A DNA stretch of 64,000 bases. It comes from a virus. Where the stretch lies: the IMG/VR virus record IMGVR_UViG_3300032285_002884. One strand, given 5' to 3'. The translations under genes and the position numbers were made by a program. Numbering within the stretch: position 1 is the first letter of the stretch; each line of letters starts with the position of its first letter. The notes under the pieces are model-generated. The model was not told where the DNA came from, made no database searches, and saw nothing but the letters and a program-made list of their open reading frames with translations. Below are positions 35,272 to 44,550 of this stretch, piece by piece.

Positions 35272-35471
35272 TGTCCTACGATCGTCGTGAAGACGACGAT
35301 GAGTGGAACACGATCAGGGTTACCATGTCCGAGGCCGACAATGACTTTGAATACTATATCCAGTTGGTCGAGCGTGACAAGAAGAAAGTGATCATTACTA
35401 GGGAGGGCAAGGACTTTGCAGTTCTCGTCCCCCATGAGATAAATAAGACGTCAGAAGACAAATCCCCTTAA
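35271..35471 (+). CDS. Phd/YefM antitoxin-like protein
   Basis: VTMSEA..DF......VE....VIITREGK..AVLVP. Confidence 0.65.
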   Translation: MSYDRREDDDEWNTIRVTMSEADNDFEYYIQLVERDKKKVIITREGKDFAVLVPHEINKTSEDKSP

Positions 35472-35489
35472 AATTTGGAGTGAAATATA

Positions 35490-35852
35490 ATGGAAGATGT
35501 TCAGCCTTGGGGCTACCACCTCATCCTTGACTGCTCGGGTGCCGACCATGAGTCGATCACGAGTCATGATAATGTCTACAACTTTACTAAAGAAGTAGTC
35601 GAGAAGATCGACATGGTCGCCTACGGCGAGCCACAGATCGTTAAGTTTGGTTCCGGTAACAAGGCCGGCTTCACGCTCGTCCAGCTCATCGAGACCTCTA
35701 ACATCTGCGCTCACTTCTGTGACGACACAGATACTTTCTACCTAGACGTCTTCTCGTGCAAGACCTTCGACCCTCAGATAGTCCTCGATCTCTGTATCAA
35801 GTACTTCAAGGTCACGGGTCACAAGGCAGCGTTCATTAACAGACAGGCTTGA
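35490..35852 (+). CDS. speD: pyruvoyl-dependent decarboxylase, AdoMetDC/SpeD family
   Basis: GYHLILD, LIETSNICAH and LDVFSCK motifs. Confidence 0.85.
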   Translation: MEDVQPWGYHLILDCSGADHESITSHDNVYNFTKEVVEKIDMVAYGEPQIVKFGSGNKAGFTLVQLIETSNICAHFCDDTDTFYLDVFSCKTFDPQIVLDLCIKYFKVTGHKAAFINRQA

Positions 35853-35855
35853 TCC

Positions 35856-36827
35856 ATGGCGATCGCGATTGATGAAGTCTCAGCCAACGCCATGGGCGGA
35901 ACTGAGTTGATGAAGTTCGGGCTTCAGGATCGCATTGATCCTGAGCTCCTTAAAGAGTTCCAGATCATCGCCTCGCGAGTCCGTGATCTAGACGATACCA
36001 AGGTACGAATCCTCTGGTGTCACGACCTTCCAGGAGATCCAGAATCTGACCACCTCAAGAATGGTGGGTGGAACAAGTTCCACAAGATCGTCTTCGTGTC
36101 TAACTGGCAGATGCAGGCATACATTAACCACTACAATATCCCATGGTCTAAGTGCATCGTCATCCAGAATGCTGTTGACCCTCTACGGATGATGCAGAAG
36201 CCTAGTGATAAGATCAAGCTGATCTATACACCGACTCCTCACCGCGGTCTCGACATCCTCTATCCTGTCTTTGATAAGCTCTGTGAGAAGTACGACAACC
36301 TCGAGCTCGACGTCTTCTCATCGTTCAAGCTCTACGGATGGCCTGACAGGGATAAGCAGTTCGAGCCTCTGTTTGAAGCCCTTAGGAACCATCCTAAGAT
36401 CAACTACCACGGGACACAGCCAAACTCTGTAGTCCGCGAGGCAGTCGAGAACGCCCACATCTTTGCATACCCGTCGACTTGGGTCGAGACCTCGTGTCTA
36501 TGTCTCATCGAGGCGATGTCTGCTGGGCTGGTGTGCGTACATCCTAACCTTGGAGCTCTCTATGAGACCGCTGCGAACTGGACCTTCATGTATCAGTTCA
36601 GTGAGAACAAGAACGAGCATGCCAAGATGTTCTATACGGTCCTCGAGTCAGCAATCGAGGAATACCATCGCAATGAGATGGACGTTCGTCTGGTTAACCA
36701 GAAAGGATATACCGATGCCTTCTATAACTGGCAGAACCGCTCCAGTCAGTGGACGGCTTTGTTAAAGAGCCTGCTGAACGAGCCGAGGGCCCTGCCATCG
36801 CAGACGTTCTCATATAGAACAAATTAA
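35856..36827 (+). CDS. GT-B glycosyltransferase (GT4-like)
   Basis: GGTE, PHRGL and YPSTWVETSCLCLIEAM (EX7E) motifs. Confidence 0.88.
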   Translation: MAIAIDEVSANAMGGTELMKFGLQDRIDPELLKEFQIIASRVRDLDDTKVRILWCHDLPGDPESDHLKNGGWNKFHKIVFVSNWQMQAYINHYNIPWSKCIVIQNAVDPLRMMQKPSDKIKLIYTPTPHRGLDILYPVFDKLCEKYDNLELDVFSSFKLYGWPDRDKQFEPLFEALRNHPKINYHGTQPNSVVREAVENAHIFAYPSTWVETSCLCLIEAMSAGLVCVHPNLGALYETAANWTFMYQFSENKNEHAKMFYTVLESAIEEYHRNEMDVRLVNQKGYTDAFYNWQNRSSQWTALLKSLLNEPRALPSQTFSYRTN

Positions 36828-36843
36828 AAATGCGAGGGCGGGG

Positions 36844-36872
36844 TTGACAAGATCTCGCTCTCGTGTTATATT
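36844..36872 (+). promoter_or_regulatory. sigma70 promoter TTGACA-17-TATATT embedded in a 14-bp hairpin
   Basis: Consensus; GCGAGGGCGGGGTT/GATCTCGCTCTCGT. Confidence 0.75.
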
Positions 36873-36886
36873 GGGATATAACAAAA

Positions 36887-37288
36887 ATGGAATCTAACAA
36901 CGTAATCACGTTTCCCAAGGCATCTAAGGTGTCCCCTCCTATCACGAGGGAACAGATAAGCAATAACATGGATCTAATTCGTCACGTACACGTCTCTGAG
37001 ACTCTATCTACGATAGCACCGATGCTGTTCGAGCAGCTCTCACTAGCCGGCTTTGACTTCACCGAGGACAGCGAAGACTTGAAGTACGGAGCGTTCATCG
37101 TCGAGTCGATTAGGTCGATGCTGATGAGAAGCTATGACATGCCACACCCATTTCAAGAACTGGCTGGGGCTGTGTTTCAAGAAGACGCTGAGACCGGTGG
37201 CCTCAGGATAGTCGAAGAACTTAACATAAAGTTCGCCTCTAAGTTTGAGTTTGATGGACCTGAAGAAGATATTGAAGAAGAGGAATAA
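36887..37288 (+). CDS. conserved hypothetical (NNVITFP...HPFQ)
   Basis: Typical upstream neighbour of rnh. Confidence 0.7.
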   Translation: MESNNVITFPKASKVSPPITREQISNNMDLIRHVHVSETLSTIAPMLFEQLSLAGFDFTEDSEDLKYGAFIVESIRSMLMRSYDMPHPFQELAGAVFQEDAETGGLRIVEELNIKFASKFEFDGPEEDIEEEE

Positions 37289-37291
37289 TAC

Positions 37292-38143
37292 GTGATCATT
37301 CTAGACCTATCACAGGTGATGATTTCTAATCTTATGGTGCAGATAGGCAACCACACCAACACGAAGATCGAGGAGAACATGGTTCGACACATGGTGCTCA
37401 ACTCGATTCGAGCCTACCGCTCAAGGTTCTTCTCTGAGTTCGGCGAGATCGTGATTGCGTGTGACAACAAGAACTACTGGCGTCGTAAGCTGTTCCCCTA
37501 CTACAAGGCAAACCGCAAGAAGAACATCGAGAAGTCGGAACTCGACTGGGCCTCGATCTTTGAGTGCATGAACAAGATCCGCGCAGAGCTCAAGGAGTTC
37601 TTTCCCTACAAGGTGATCGACGTCGAGACAGCCGAGGCTGACGACATCATCGCGACCTTGACTAAGATGGTCATCGGTACCGGCGAGAAAGTACTGATCT
37701 TGTCTGGTGACAAGGACTTTATCCAGCTACATAAGTATCCTCACGTCACTCAGTACGATCCAGTGCGTAAGAAGAACATCACGAACGACAACCCAGAGCG
37801 CTACCTTGAAGAGCACATTCTCAAGGGTGACTCAGGCGACGGCATCCCAAACATCCTGTCATCAGATAACTGCTTCGTAGTCGGTGAGCGTCAGAAGCCC
37901 ATGACCCAGAAGAAGATCGACGCGTTCATTGAGCTGGGAATAATTGGTAAGTTCGACCACCCTAACTTCCGCAACTACGTCCGCAACGACACTCTCATCA
38001 ACCTCGATAGGATTCCTGAAGAAGTCTCAGTGAAGATCCAGGAATCATATATAGACCAGAAAGATAAAGATAGATCAAAGCTGTTTGACTACTTTATGAC
38101 TAATAAACTGAAGCTGCTTACAGAACACTTAGGGGAGTTCTAA
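37292..38143 (+). CDS. rnh: RNase H / 5'-3' exonuclease
   Basis: YYKANR, EADDII, SGDKDF and GDSGDGIPN motifs. Confidence 0.95.
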   Translation: MIILDLSQVMISNLMVQIGNHTNTKIEENMVRHMVLNSIRAYRSRFFSEFGEIVIACDNKNYWRRKLFPYYKANRKKNIEKSELDWASIFECMNKIRAELKEFFPYKVIDVETAEADDIIATLTKMVIGTGEKVLILSGDKDFIQLHKYPHVTQYDPVRKKNITNDNPERYLEEHILKGDSGDGIPNILSSDNCFVVGERQKPMTQKKIDAFIELGIIGKFDHPNFRNYVRNDTLINLDRIPEEVSVKIQESYIDQKDKDRSKLFDYFMTNKLKLLTEHLGEF

Positions 38144-38571
38144 TGAAACTAGGCATAGCCGAGATCTTACAGAAGATCGCAGGACTGAAGAATAAAGACG
38201 AGAAGATCAACGCTCTTAGACAGGTCGACTCGTTCGCTATCAGGACCGTCTTACAAGGAGCCTTTGATCCGCGAATCAAGTGGCTCTTACCTCCAGGCGA
38301 GGTACCTTATAAGAAGAGCGATCTTCCCGACCTTCAAAGTGCTCTCTACAATGAGATCAGGAAGCTGTACCTCTTCGTCGAAGGCGGCAACTCTAACCTC
38401 AAGCAGCTGAGACGAGAGACCCTCTTCATTCAACTTCTCGAGTCTGTATCTCCTGAAGACGCTGAGCTCCTTGCTGCTATCAAGGACAAGAAGCTTCCCT
38501 ACAAGGGAATCACTTCGGCAATCGTGAAAGAAGCATATCCTGGGCTTATCGATGAGCAAGACAAAGCATAA
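38143..38571 (+). CDS. conserved T4-like hypothetical (DUF6433-like)
   Basis: LPPGEVPY...RRETLFIQLLE. Confidence 0.8.
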   Translation: MKLGIAEILQKIAGLKNKDEKINALRQVDSFAIRTVLQGAFDPRIKWLLPPGEVPYKKSDLPDLQSALYNEIRKLYLFVEGGNSNLKQLRRETLFIQLLESVSPEDAELLAAIKDKKLPYKGITSAIVKEAYPGLIDEQDKA

Positions 38572-38743
38572 CTATTCTCTACGCCAGAACGACTTCCGCC
38601 TCGACAACGAAGACTTCCTGTTCGCACAGGCAGTCAAGGAAGACCGTAGAAAGAAGAAGATGAAGAGACTTCAGAACGCAGCTAAGACAAAAAATGTTGA
38701 CAAGCTGGATGAATATGACGAATATGACCGAGAGTATGACTGA
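38552..38743 (+). CDS. hypothetical protein
   Basis: Coupled ORF. Confidence 0.55.
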   Translation: MSKTKHNYSLRQNDFRLDNEDFLFAQAVKEDRRKKKMKRLQNAAKTKNVDKLDEYDEYDREYD

Positions 38744-38994
38744 TGCCAACTTATCTTTTCCTAAATAATGAGACGGGTGAAGAATTCACCGAGTTCATGA
38801 TGATATCACAGTTGGATGACTACCTCAAGGAAAATCCAAACTTAACGCAACAGGTATATGGAGCGCCTATGATTGGTACAAACATTCTCGTCGGCAGGTC
38901 TAGCAAGCCCGAGAATGGATTTCGAGACGTCTTGAGGGAGATCAAGAAGAAAAACTCAAGGGGTCTGACGAGGTCTACCGTTAATACTTTCTAA
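38743..38994 (+). CDS. FmdB-like small protein
   Basis: MPTY.F....TGE; usual position before phoH. Confidence 0.75.
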   Translation: MPTYLFLNNETGEEFTEFMMISQLDDYLKENPNLTQQVYGAPMIGTNILVGRSSKPENGFRDVLREIKKKNSRGLTRSTVNTF

Positions 38995-39025
38995 GGCGCT
39001 CTTCAATAATAAGAAAGAGCATTTA

Positions 39026-39820
39026 ATGCCACTAACCGCCGGTCAGAGACTAACGAAAAAGCAGAGAAGGCAGCTACGACAGGAAGGAGTACTAGGCACT
39101 CAGGAGAATACATTTAAGTCCAATTTTCAAATCAAGCATTTTAGTCCTCTTACTGAGAATCAAAGAAAGACTTATGAAGCGTTTGAAGATGGGCAGAACC
39201 TCCTGCTCCATGGAATTGCCGGTACCGGTAAGACTTTTCTATCTCTGTATCTCTCAACCAGAGAAGTCTTAAAGAGTGAATCACCTTATAAGAAAGTAAT
39301 CATCGTTAGGTCTGCGGTCCCGACGCGTGACATGGGTTTCCTTCCAGGAAACAATGCCGAGAAGGCAAAGGTCTACGAGGCCCCATACATGGCAATCGCC
39401 ACCGAGCTCTTCGGTCGAGGCGACGCATACGACGTTCTAAAGAACAAGAACATGGTCGAGTTCATCTCGACGTCCTACGTCAGAGGTATCACCCTCTCAG
39501 ACTGCATCATCATAGTCGACGAAGTACAGAACATGACTTATCATGAGATCGACTCGATCATTACCCGCGTCGGCGAGAACTGCCGAATCATATTCTCAGG
39601 CGACTTTAGACAGACCGACTTTACAAGAGAGCAGGAGAAGTCCGGTCTCAGGGACTTCATTAAGATCATTAAGTCCATGGAATCGTTTGAGTTCATTGAG
39701 TTTGAGATACAAGACATCGTAAGATCACGAATGGTGAAGGAATATATCATTGCTAAGGACAGACACGAGCGCAACAAGGATCGAAGGGAAGATCTTCGAC
39801 CACAGGTTCTTGCCGAGTGA
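39026..39820 (+). CDS. phoH: PhoH-like ATPase
   Basis: GIAGTGKT, GFLPG, RGITL, DEVQN and GDFRQ motifs. Confidence 0.95.
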   Translation: MPLTAGQRLTKKQRRQLRQEGVLGTQENTFKSNFQIKHFSPLTENQRKTYEAFEDGQNLLLHGIAGTGKTFLSLYLSTREVLKSESPYKKVIIVRSAVPTRDMGFLPGNNAEKAKVYEAPYMAIATELFGRGDAYDVLKNKNMVEFISTSYVRGITLSDCIIIVDEVQNMTYHEIDSIITRVGENCRIIFSGDFRQTDFTREQEKSGLRDFIKIIKSMESFEFIEFEIQDIVRSRMVKEYIIAKDRHERNKDRREDLRPQVLAE

Positions 39821-40436
39821 GAAGCTCGAGAGAGTCGAGATAGAGGGTAAGCGACACTACATCACACCAGAGGGTGCCGCTTATAAGTCAGTCACTACCA
39901 TCCTAGGTGAAAAGCTCAACAAGGATGGTCTTGAGAAGTGGAAGAAGCGGGTAGGCGAGGAAGAGGCCAAGAAGGTCTCACTCCTCGCCGCTCGTCGTGG
40001 CACGGCGGTCCATGACATCGCTGAGAAGTACCTCTTAAACGAGGAAGGTTGGTCTAGAGGCGCGATGCCCGCCAACGTCGAGACTTTTAAGATGGCCAAG
40101 AAGGTACTCGACGAGCACGTCGACGTAGTCTACGGCATCGAGCTATTCTTGTACTCAGACGAGCTGATGACAGCCGGGGCCACCGACGTGGTCGCCGAGT
40201 ACGACGGCATCAAGTCCATCATCGACTTCAAGACGTCTAAGAACGTCAAGACCGAGGCCATGATCGAGAGCTACTTCTTACAGGCTACCTGCTACGCCCT
40301 CATGGCCGAGGAGAGGTACGGGATCGAGGTACCCCAGATCGTCATCATCATCATGGTGGACGACGCCCCAGAGCCCCTGGTCTTCCGTAAAGACAAGTCC
40401 CAGTACGTGGACAGGGTAAGAGAGATATTCAGCTAA
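39750..40436 (+). CDS. PD-(D/E)xK exonuclease
   Basis: SVTTIL, RGTAVH, IIDFKTS and YFLQ..CY motifs. Confidence 0.9.
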   Translation: MLRTDTSATRIEGKIFDHRFLPSEKLERVEIEGKRHYITPEGAAYKSVTTILGEKLNKDGLEKWKKRVGEEEAKKVSLLAARRGTAVHDIAEKYLLNEEGWSRGAMPANVETFKMAKKVLDEHVDVVYGIELFLYSDELMTAGATDVVAEYDGIKSIIDFKTSKNVKTEAMIESYFLQATCYALMAEERYGIEVPQIVIIIMVDDAPEPLVFRKDKSQYVDRVREIFS

Positions 40437-40465
40437 ATAGCCTTATAATTATCATAAAATAGGGG

Positions 40466-40494
40466 TTGACAATAATTGATCCCTGTGGTATAAT
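40466..40494 (+). promoter_or_regulatory. sigma70 promoter TTGACA-17-TATAAT
   Basis: Perfect consensus with TG. Confidence 0.85.
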
Positions 40495-40520
40495 AATCTT
40501 ATGATAGGAAAGGAAGCCGA

Positions 40521-41000
40521 ATGTCAGTCGTAGTCCGAGGTTCTAGAACAGGTAGCGCTACACCTTCCGAGATTCGGAAGGCTACAGAGTTCTTTGCCAA
40601 GAAGCTTCTCGGCGAGCGACTCAGCCGAAACGTATGCATCGACGTCATCGTCAAGCGCAAGCTTGCACGTAAGACCGGTGCCCTAGGTTGGTGCGACTTC
40701 GTCGACAGCCAGTCTCGCCCTCGTTTCTTTGAGATCGAGCTGGACGACGAGCAGGGTCCTATCCGCCTCATCCGTACCCTAGCACACGAGATGGTCCACG
40801 TCAAGCAGTGGGCAAAGGGTGACCTCAAAGAATATTCCCGCAAGCCAGACAAGTGGTGTGGCAAGTCCGTCGACCGTGACATGCCCTACCGCGACCGCCC
40901 GTGGGAGATCGAAGCGTACGAACTCGAGAAGACCCTCTCGAAAGAGTTCTTCTCTTGGAGACGTGATCAAAAAAAGTTAGCCCGAAGGGTTGACAAATAA
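40521..41000 (+). CDS. zinc metallopeptidase-like (HEXXH)
   Basis: TLAHEMVHVKQ...PWEIEAY. Confidence 0.85.
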   Translation: MSVVVRGSRTGSATPSEIRKATEFFAKKLLGERLSRNVCIDVIVKRKLARKTGALGWCDFVDSQSRPRFFEIELDDEQGPIRLIRTLAHEMVHVKQWAKGDLKEYSRKPDKWCGKSVDRDMPYRDRPWEIEAYELEKTLSKEFFSWRRDQKKLARRVDK

Positions 41001-41017
41001 GTAGAATATGTTATTAT
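40990..41017 (+). promoter_or_regulatory. sigma70-type promoter TTGACA-16-TATTAT
   Basis: AT-rich intergenic position. Confidence 0.65.
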
Positions 41018-41073
41018 AAGAATATAAGCTGAATACGACAAAGACCCAACCAACCTAAGGAGGAACCTACACT

Positions 41074-42063
41074 ATGGCACACATGATTGAAGAGATCAAC
41101 GGCAAGGCTCAGATGGCGTACGCTGGCGAGAAGCCTTGGCACGGACTCGGTACTCAGGTACCAGCCGACCTCACACCTGCACAGATGCTCGAGGCTGCTG
41201 GCCTCAACTGGACCGTCACTAAGGTCCCTGCCTACGCCGAGATCAATGGCAAGAAGATCGCCGTCGGTAAGTCGGCCCTCGTCCGCTCTTTCGATGACTC
41301 GATGCTCGACGTCGTGTCCGATGACTGGAACCCTATCCAGAACGACGAGGCCTTTGAGTTCTTCAATGACTTCGTGATGGCCGGTGACATGGCTATGGAG
41401 ACTGCCGGTTCGCTCCGTGACGGCCAGATCGTCTGGGGCTTGGCGAAGGTCAAGGAGTCCTTTGAGCTCTTCAACGGCAAGGACGTCGTCGACTCTTACC
41501 TCCTCTTCACCAACTTCCACCGCTTCGGCTTCGCCACCGACGTCCGGTTCTCCCCTATCCGCGTCGTGTGCAACAACACCTTGACCGCCTCGCTCAATGC
41601 CAAGGTCCAGAACATGGTGAAGATCTCTCACCGCAAGAAGTTCGACCCTGAGAACGTCAAGGTAATGCTCGGCGTGGCACACGAGAAGATGGCTAAGTAC
41701 AAGGAGATGGCTCAGTACCTCTCGACCAAGCGCTACAACGGCGAGAACATCGTCGAGTATTTCAAGCGTGTCTTCCCTGCCGGCAGCGCCAAGACCGCTG
41801 AGTCGTCAGTCGACGGCGTGATCGTCGGAGCTACCGAGCTGTCGCGCAACGCAAAGCAGGCACTCAACGTCATGTACACACAGCCGGGTGCAGAGCTCGG
41901 TGAGGGTACTTGGTGGCAGGCCTTCAACACGGTCACCTACATGACCGACCACACCCTCGGTCGCTCGGCCGATACCCGACTCCAGTCGGCATGGTACGGC
42001 GCCAGCAAGAACATGAAGATCAAGGCTCTGGAGACGGCGATTGAGTTCGCCGACGCCGCATGA
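41074..42063 (+). CDS. DUF932 family protein
   Basis: PWHGLG, ETAGSL, PIRVVCNNTL and GTWWQAFN motifs. Confidence 0.9.
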   Translation: MAHMIEEINGKAQMAYAGEKPWHGLGTQVPADLTPAQMLEAAGLNWTVTKVPAYAEINGKKIAVGKSALVRSFDDSMLDVVSDDWNPIQNDEAFEFFNDFVMAGDMAMETAGSLRDGQIVWGLAKVKESFELFNGKDVVDSYLLFTNFHRFGFATDVRFSPIRVVCNNTLTASLNAKVQNMVKISHRKKFDPENVKVMLGVAHEKMAKYKEMAQYLSTKRYNGENIVEYFKRVFPAGSAKTAESSVDGVIVGATELSRNAKQALNVMYTQPGAELGEGTWWQAFNTVTYMTDHTLGRSADTRLQSAWYGASKNMKIKALETAIEFADAA

Positions 42064-42191
42064 AGGAGTTCTTGGAAGACGCCTACGCCTTCGTGATGCT
42101 TCGAATCCTCGTAGTCCTCATGGGACTCATCATCATCACGAGTGGTCTCATCGCCCCTGAATGGACGTTCACTAATCTGATCAAGGACTAA
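42060..42191 (+). CDS. 43-aa membrane peptide (not in ORF track)
   Basis: ATGA overlap; one TM helix. Confidence 0.5.
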   Translation: MKEFLEDAYAFVMLRILVVLMGLIIITSGLIAPEWTFTNLIKD

Positions 42192-42196
42192 TTGAA

Positions 42197-43303
42197 ATGG
42201 CAAAGAGTCTCCTCTCCGTACGTACTAAGAAGAAGCCCAAGGTCACTCGCTCAGAGGCCTACTTGGTCAACGTCAAGTACCTAGGAGAGGAGCCTGACGT
42301 CAACAAGTTCAAGACTAAAGCCGACTACATCAGGGCACTGAGCTGGTACGGCTCAATGTGCGACACCAAGGATGCTCGCGAGTATCTCAAGGACTACCTG
42401 ACTCACAACAAAGAGTTCGAGAAGGCAAAGCGCGTCGACAAGATCCCGGACAACTGGGTACCTCTGACGGCAGCGTGGCAGGTTCGCATCTTGATGAACC
42501 AGAAAGCTAAGTTTGATCTTGAGCCATACGTGAAGTTCATGGCGACTCTCGACGAGGCCTTCACACACATCAAGGAAGAGAAGTCAGAAGAAAAGAAGTC
42601 TGACAAGCCTTCTATCCAAGACCGTATCAAGGACCGTCTCAGCGACATCATCGGCGACATCGAGGAGATGATCGACTCGGGTGTCCCGTTCTCCCTGTAT
42701 GACTGGCTCAAGAAGAACGAGATCCCAGTCATGTACGCCACGAAGATCGGCGACTACTATGGTCCGATCTGGAACGAGATGGTGCAGGCACATGCCGGCA
42801 AGCTCGACGGCTATGAGAAGTGGACCAAGGCCCAGCTCAAGGCCCGCGTCGAGTTCTACAACTCTCTCGTGACGGACGCCGAGCGATACGGCAGCGTCGC
42901 CAAGAAGACTCGGGCAGTCCGCAAGCCTCGTCCGGTCTCAGTCGAGAAGCAGCTCAAGGGACTCAAGTACCAGAAGGAGTCGGCTGAGTACAAGCTGGCA
43001 TCCATCGATCCACAGAAGATCATCGGCGCTCAGGAGCTCTGGACCTTCAATACCAAGTACGGCAACATCACTATCTTCCGCGCGCTCGACCGTGGAGGCC
43101 TCAAGGTAAAGGGTACTTCCATTACCGGCTTCGACGAGAAGCAGTCCTTCAGTTACAAGACGGGACGTAAGACCGGCGACGTGGTAGATCGCTTCAGCAA
43201 GGCAACCAAGGCCGGTGTCAAGAAGGCAGTCGAGATACTCAAGCCTCACGCATTCAACGCTCGCATCAACGAGAACACGATCCTAATCAAGGTGCTCCCA
43301 TGA
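42197..43303 (+). CDS. conserved T4-like hypothetical (SIDPQKIIGAQELWTFNTKY)
   Basis: Long ORF; AAGGA RBS. Confidence 0.8.
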   Translation: MAKSLLSVRTKKKPKVTRSEAYLVNVKYLGEEPDVNKFKTKADYIRALSWYGSMCDTKDAREYLKDYLTHNKEFEKAKRVDKIPDNWVPLTAAWQVRILMNQKAKFDLEPYVKFMATLDEAFTHIKEEKSEEKKSDKPSIQDRIKDRLSDIIGDIEEMIDSGVPFSLYDWLKKNEIPVMYATKIGDYYGPIWNEMVQAHAGKLDGYEKWTKAQLKARVEFYNSLVTDAERYGSVAKKTRAVRKPRPVSVEKQLKGLKYQKESAEYKLASIDPQKIIGAQELWTFNTKYGNITIFRALDRGGLKVKGTSITGFDEKQSFSYKTGRKTGDVVDRFSKATKAGVKKAVEILKPHAFNARINENTILIKVLP

Positions 43304-43731
43304 TCAAGAACGAGTCTATCCTCTTCTCTGAAGATACCATCTCACGTCTCGAAGAGGTATACAGAGCCGTGTACGTCTGCGACTCCCAGCTCAAGACAAA
43401 GAACGGTTGGTCCGAGAACCCCGTCGCTGTCTTCTATACGGTCCATCCCCATCCCGAAGGCTCCAACTACTTCGGCATCTTCGTACGCGACAAGGTCCCG
43501 ATGATCTGCAACGCAGAGACAGCTCTAGAACCCTTCACTGGCGCGGTCAAGAAGAACGGCGACATCGTCTACAGCCGCTTCAGACACGACTACGTCGAGT
43601 TCGACGGGGCTTACTCCATCGACGGCGGTCGCGACTACGTCCGTCTAGGCGGGCCAGAGATGCCACAGACAGTTAAACTCAAGATAGAAGGTCCTATCGT
43701 CACGGTGGTCGAAGCACAGGAAGCAGCATGA
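43300..43731 (+). CDS. hypothetical (HPEGSNYFG...IDGGRDY)
   Basis: ATGA overlap. Confidence 0.75.
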   Translation: MIKNESILFSEDTISRLEEVYRAVYVCDSQLKTKNGWSENPVAVFYTVHPHPEGSNYFGIFVRDKVPMICNAETALEPFTGAVKKNGDIVYSRFRHDYVEFDGAYSIDGGRDYVRLGGPEMPQTVKLKIEGPIVTVVEAQEAA

Positions 43732-44219
43732 AAGACAACTACTTTAGATTCCACTTTCCACACATCCACCTTCAGAGCCCCTTCGGCGACGACGGCTTTG
43801 CCATCATGGCCGAGAGGTTCGCCCGTTTCTTCGGCACCCCGATCTTCTTGATAATCCAGACAGCCTTAGTGCTTATCTGGATGGGACTCAACGTCTTTGG
43901 ATACACTGCCTTCGACGTCTATCCATTCATTCTTCTCAACCTAGCCTTCTCGACTCAGGCAGCATACGCTGCACCCCTGATCCTCTTGGCACAGACTCGA
44001 CAGGCTGACCGAGACAAGGCCCACGCCGAGGCAGACGCCCAGCACCGTGAAGACCTAGCCATGGCAGCTGCACAGCGGCAGCAGATCGCAGCAGAGCAGA
44101 CGGCCATCCTTCTCGAGATGCTTCACGAGAACAACAAGCTAGTCAAGAAGATCGAGAAGCTGACTAAAGAGATCCACACGATCACGACAAAGGGTGTTGA
44201 CAAAAATAGCAAGTCGTGA
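43728..44219 (+). CDS. DUF1003 membrane protein
   Basis: FD.YPFILLNLAFSTQAAYAAPLILLAQ.RQ..RD. Confidence 0.9.
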   Translation: MKDNYFRFHFPHIHLQSPFGDDGFAIMAERFARFFGTPIFLIIQTALVLIWMGLNVFGYTAFDVYPFILLNLAFSTQAAYAAPLILLAQTRQADRDKAHAEADAQHREDLAMAAAQRQQIAAEQTAILLEMLHENNKLVKKIEKLTKEIHTITTKGVDKNSKS

Positions 44220-44227
44220 TATAAATA
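44197..44227 (+). promoter_or_regulatory. dual early/late promoter TTGACA-17-TATAAATA for tmRNA
   Basis: The -10 element doubles as the T4 late consensus. Confidence 0.75.
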
Positions 44228-44231
44228 GTAT

Positions 44232-44522
44232 ATGCTGATGTCGATGACGAAAGCGAAATAGACATGCTGGACGCGGGGGCGGTACCCGCCGCCTCCACCA
44301 CAGATACATCGGTCGCCATAGTCGGAACAAATATGGTGTAATAGGTTTCTCCGAACATCCGATGTATCTTTGATGGGGGCGAAATAGGATCGACAGGTGT
44401 GTTAAAGGCGGACCGAGACAGAAGCATAAATAAGTTATCTGCAAACGATAATTCACTTCTTGAGATGCGCCTAGCGGCTTAATCTCTTGGGTATGGGTTC
44501 CACCTCGAAACAGAACGGGCCC
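44232..44522 (+). ncRNA. ssrA: two-piece (circularly permuted) tmRNA, alphaproteobacterial type; tag ANDNSLLEMRLAA
   Basis: Acceptor piece ends CGCCTCCACCA at 44300 with a GGCGGTA T-loop; coding piece starts GGGGGCGAAATAGGATCGAC at 44375; G3-U70; tag at 44441-44482. Confidence 0.93.
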
Positions 44523-44550
44523 ACTTCACACATCACACAGGAGAACTAAA

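Noticed and set aside
38697-38725. TTGACA inside ORF 38552..38743 as a promoter
   Set aside because: No credible -10 at 16-18 nt spacing
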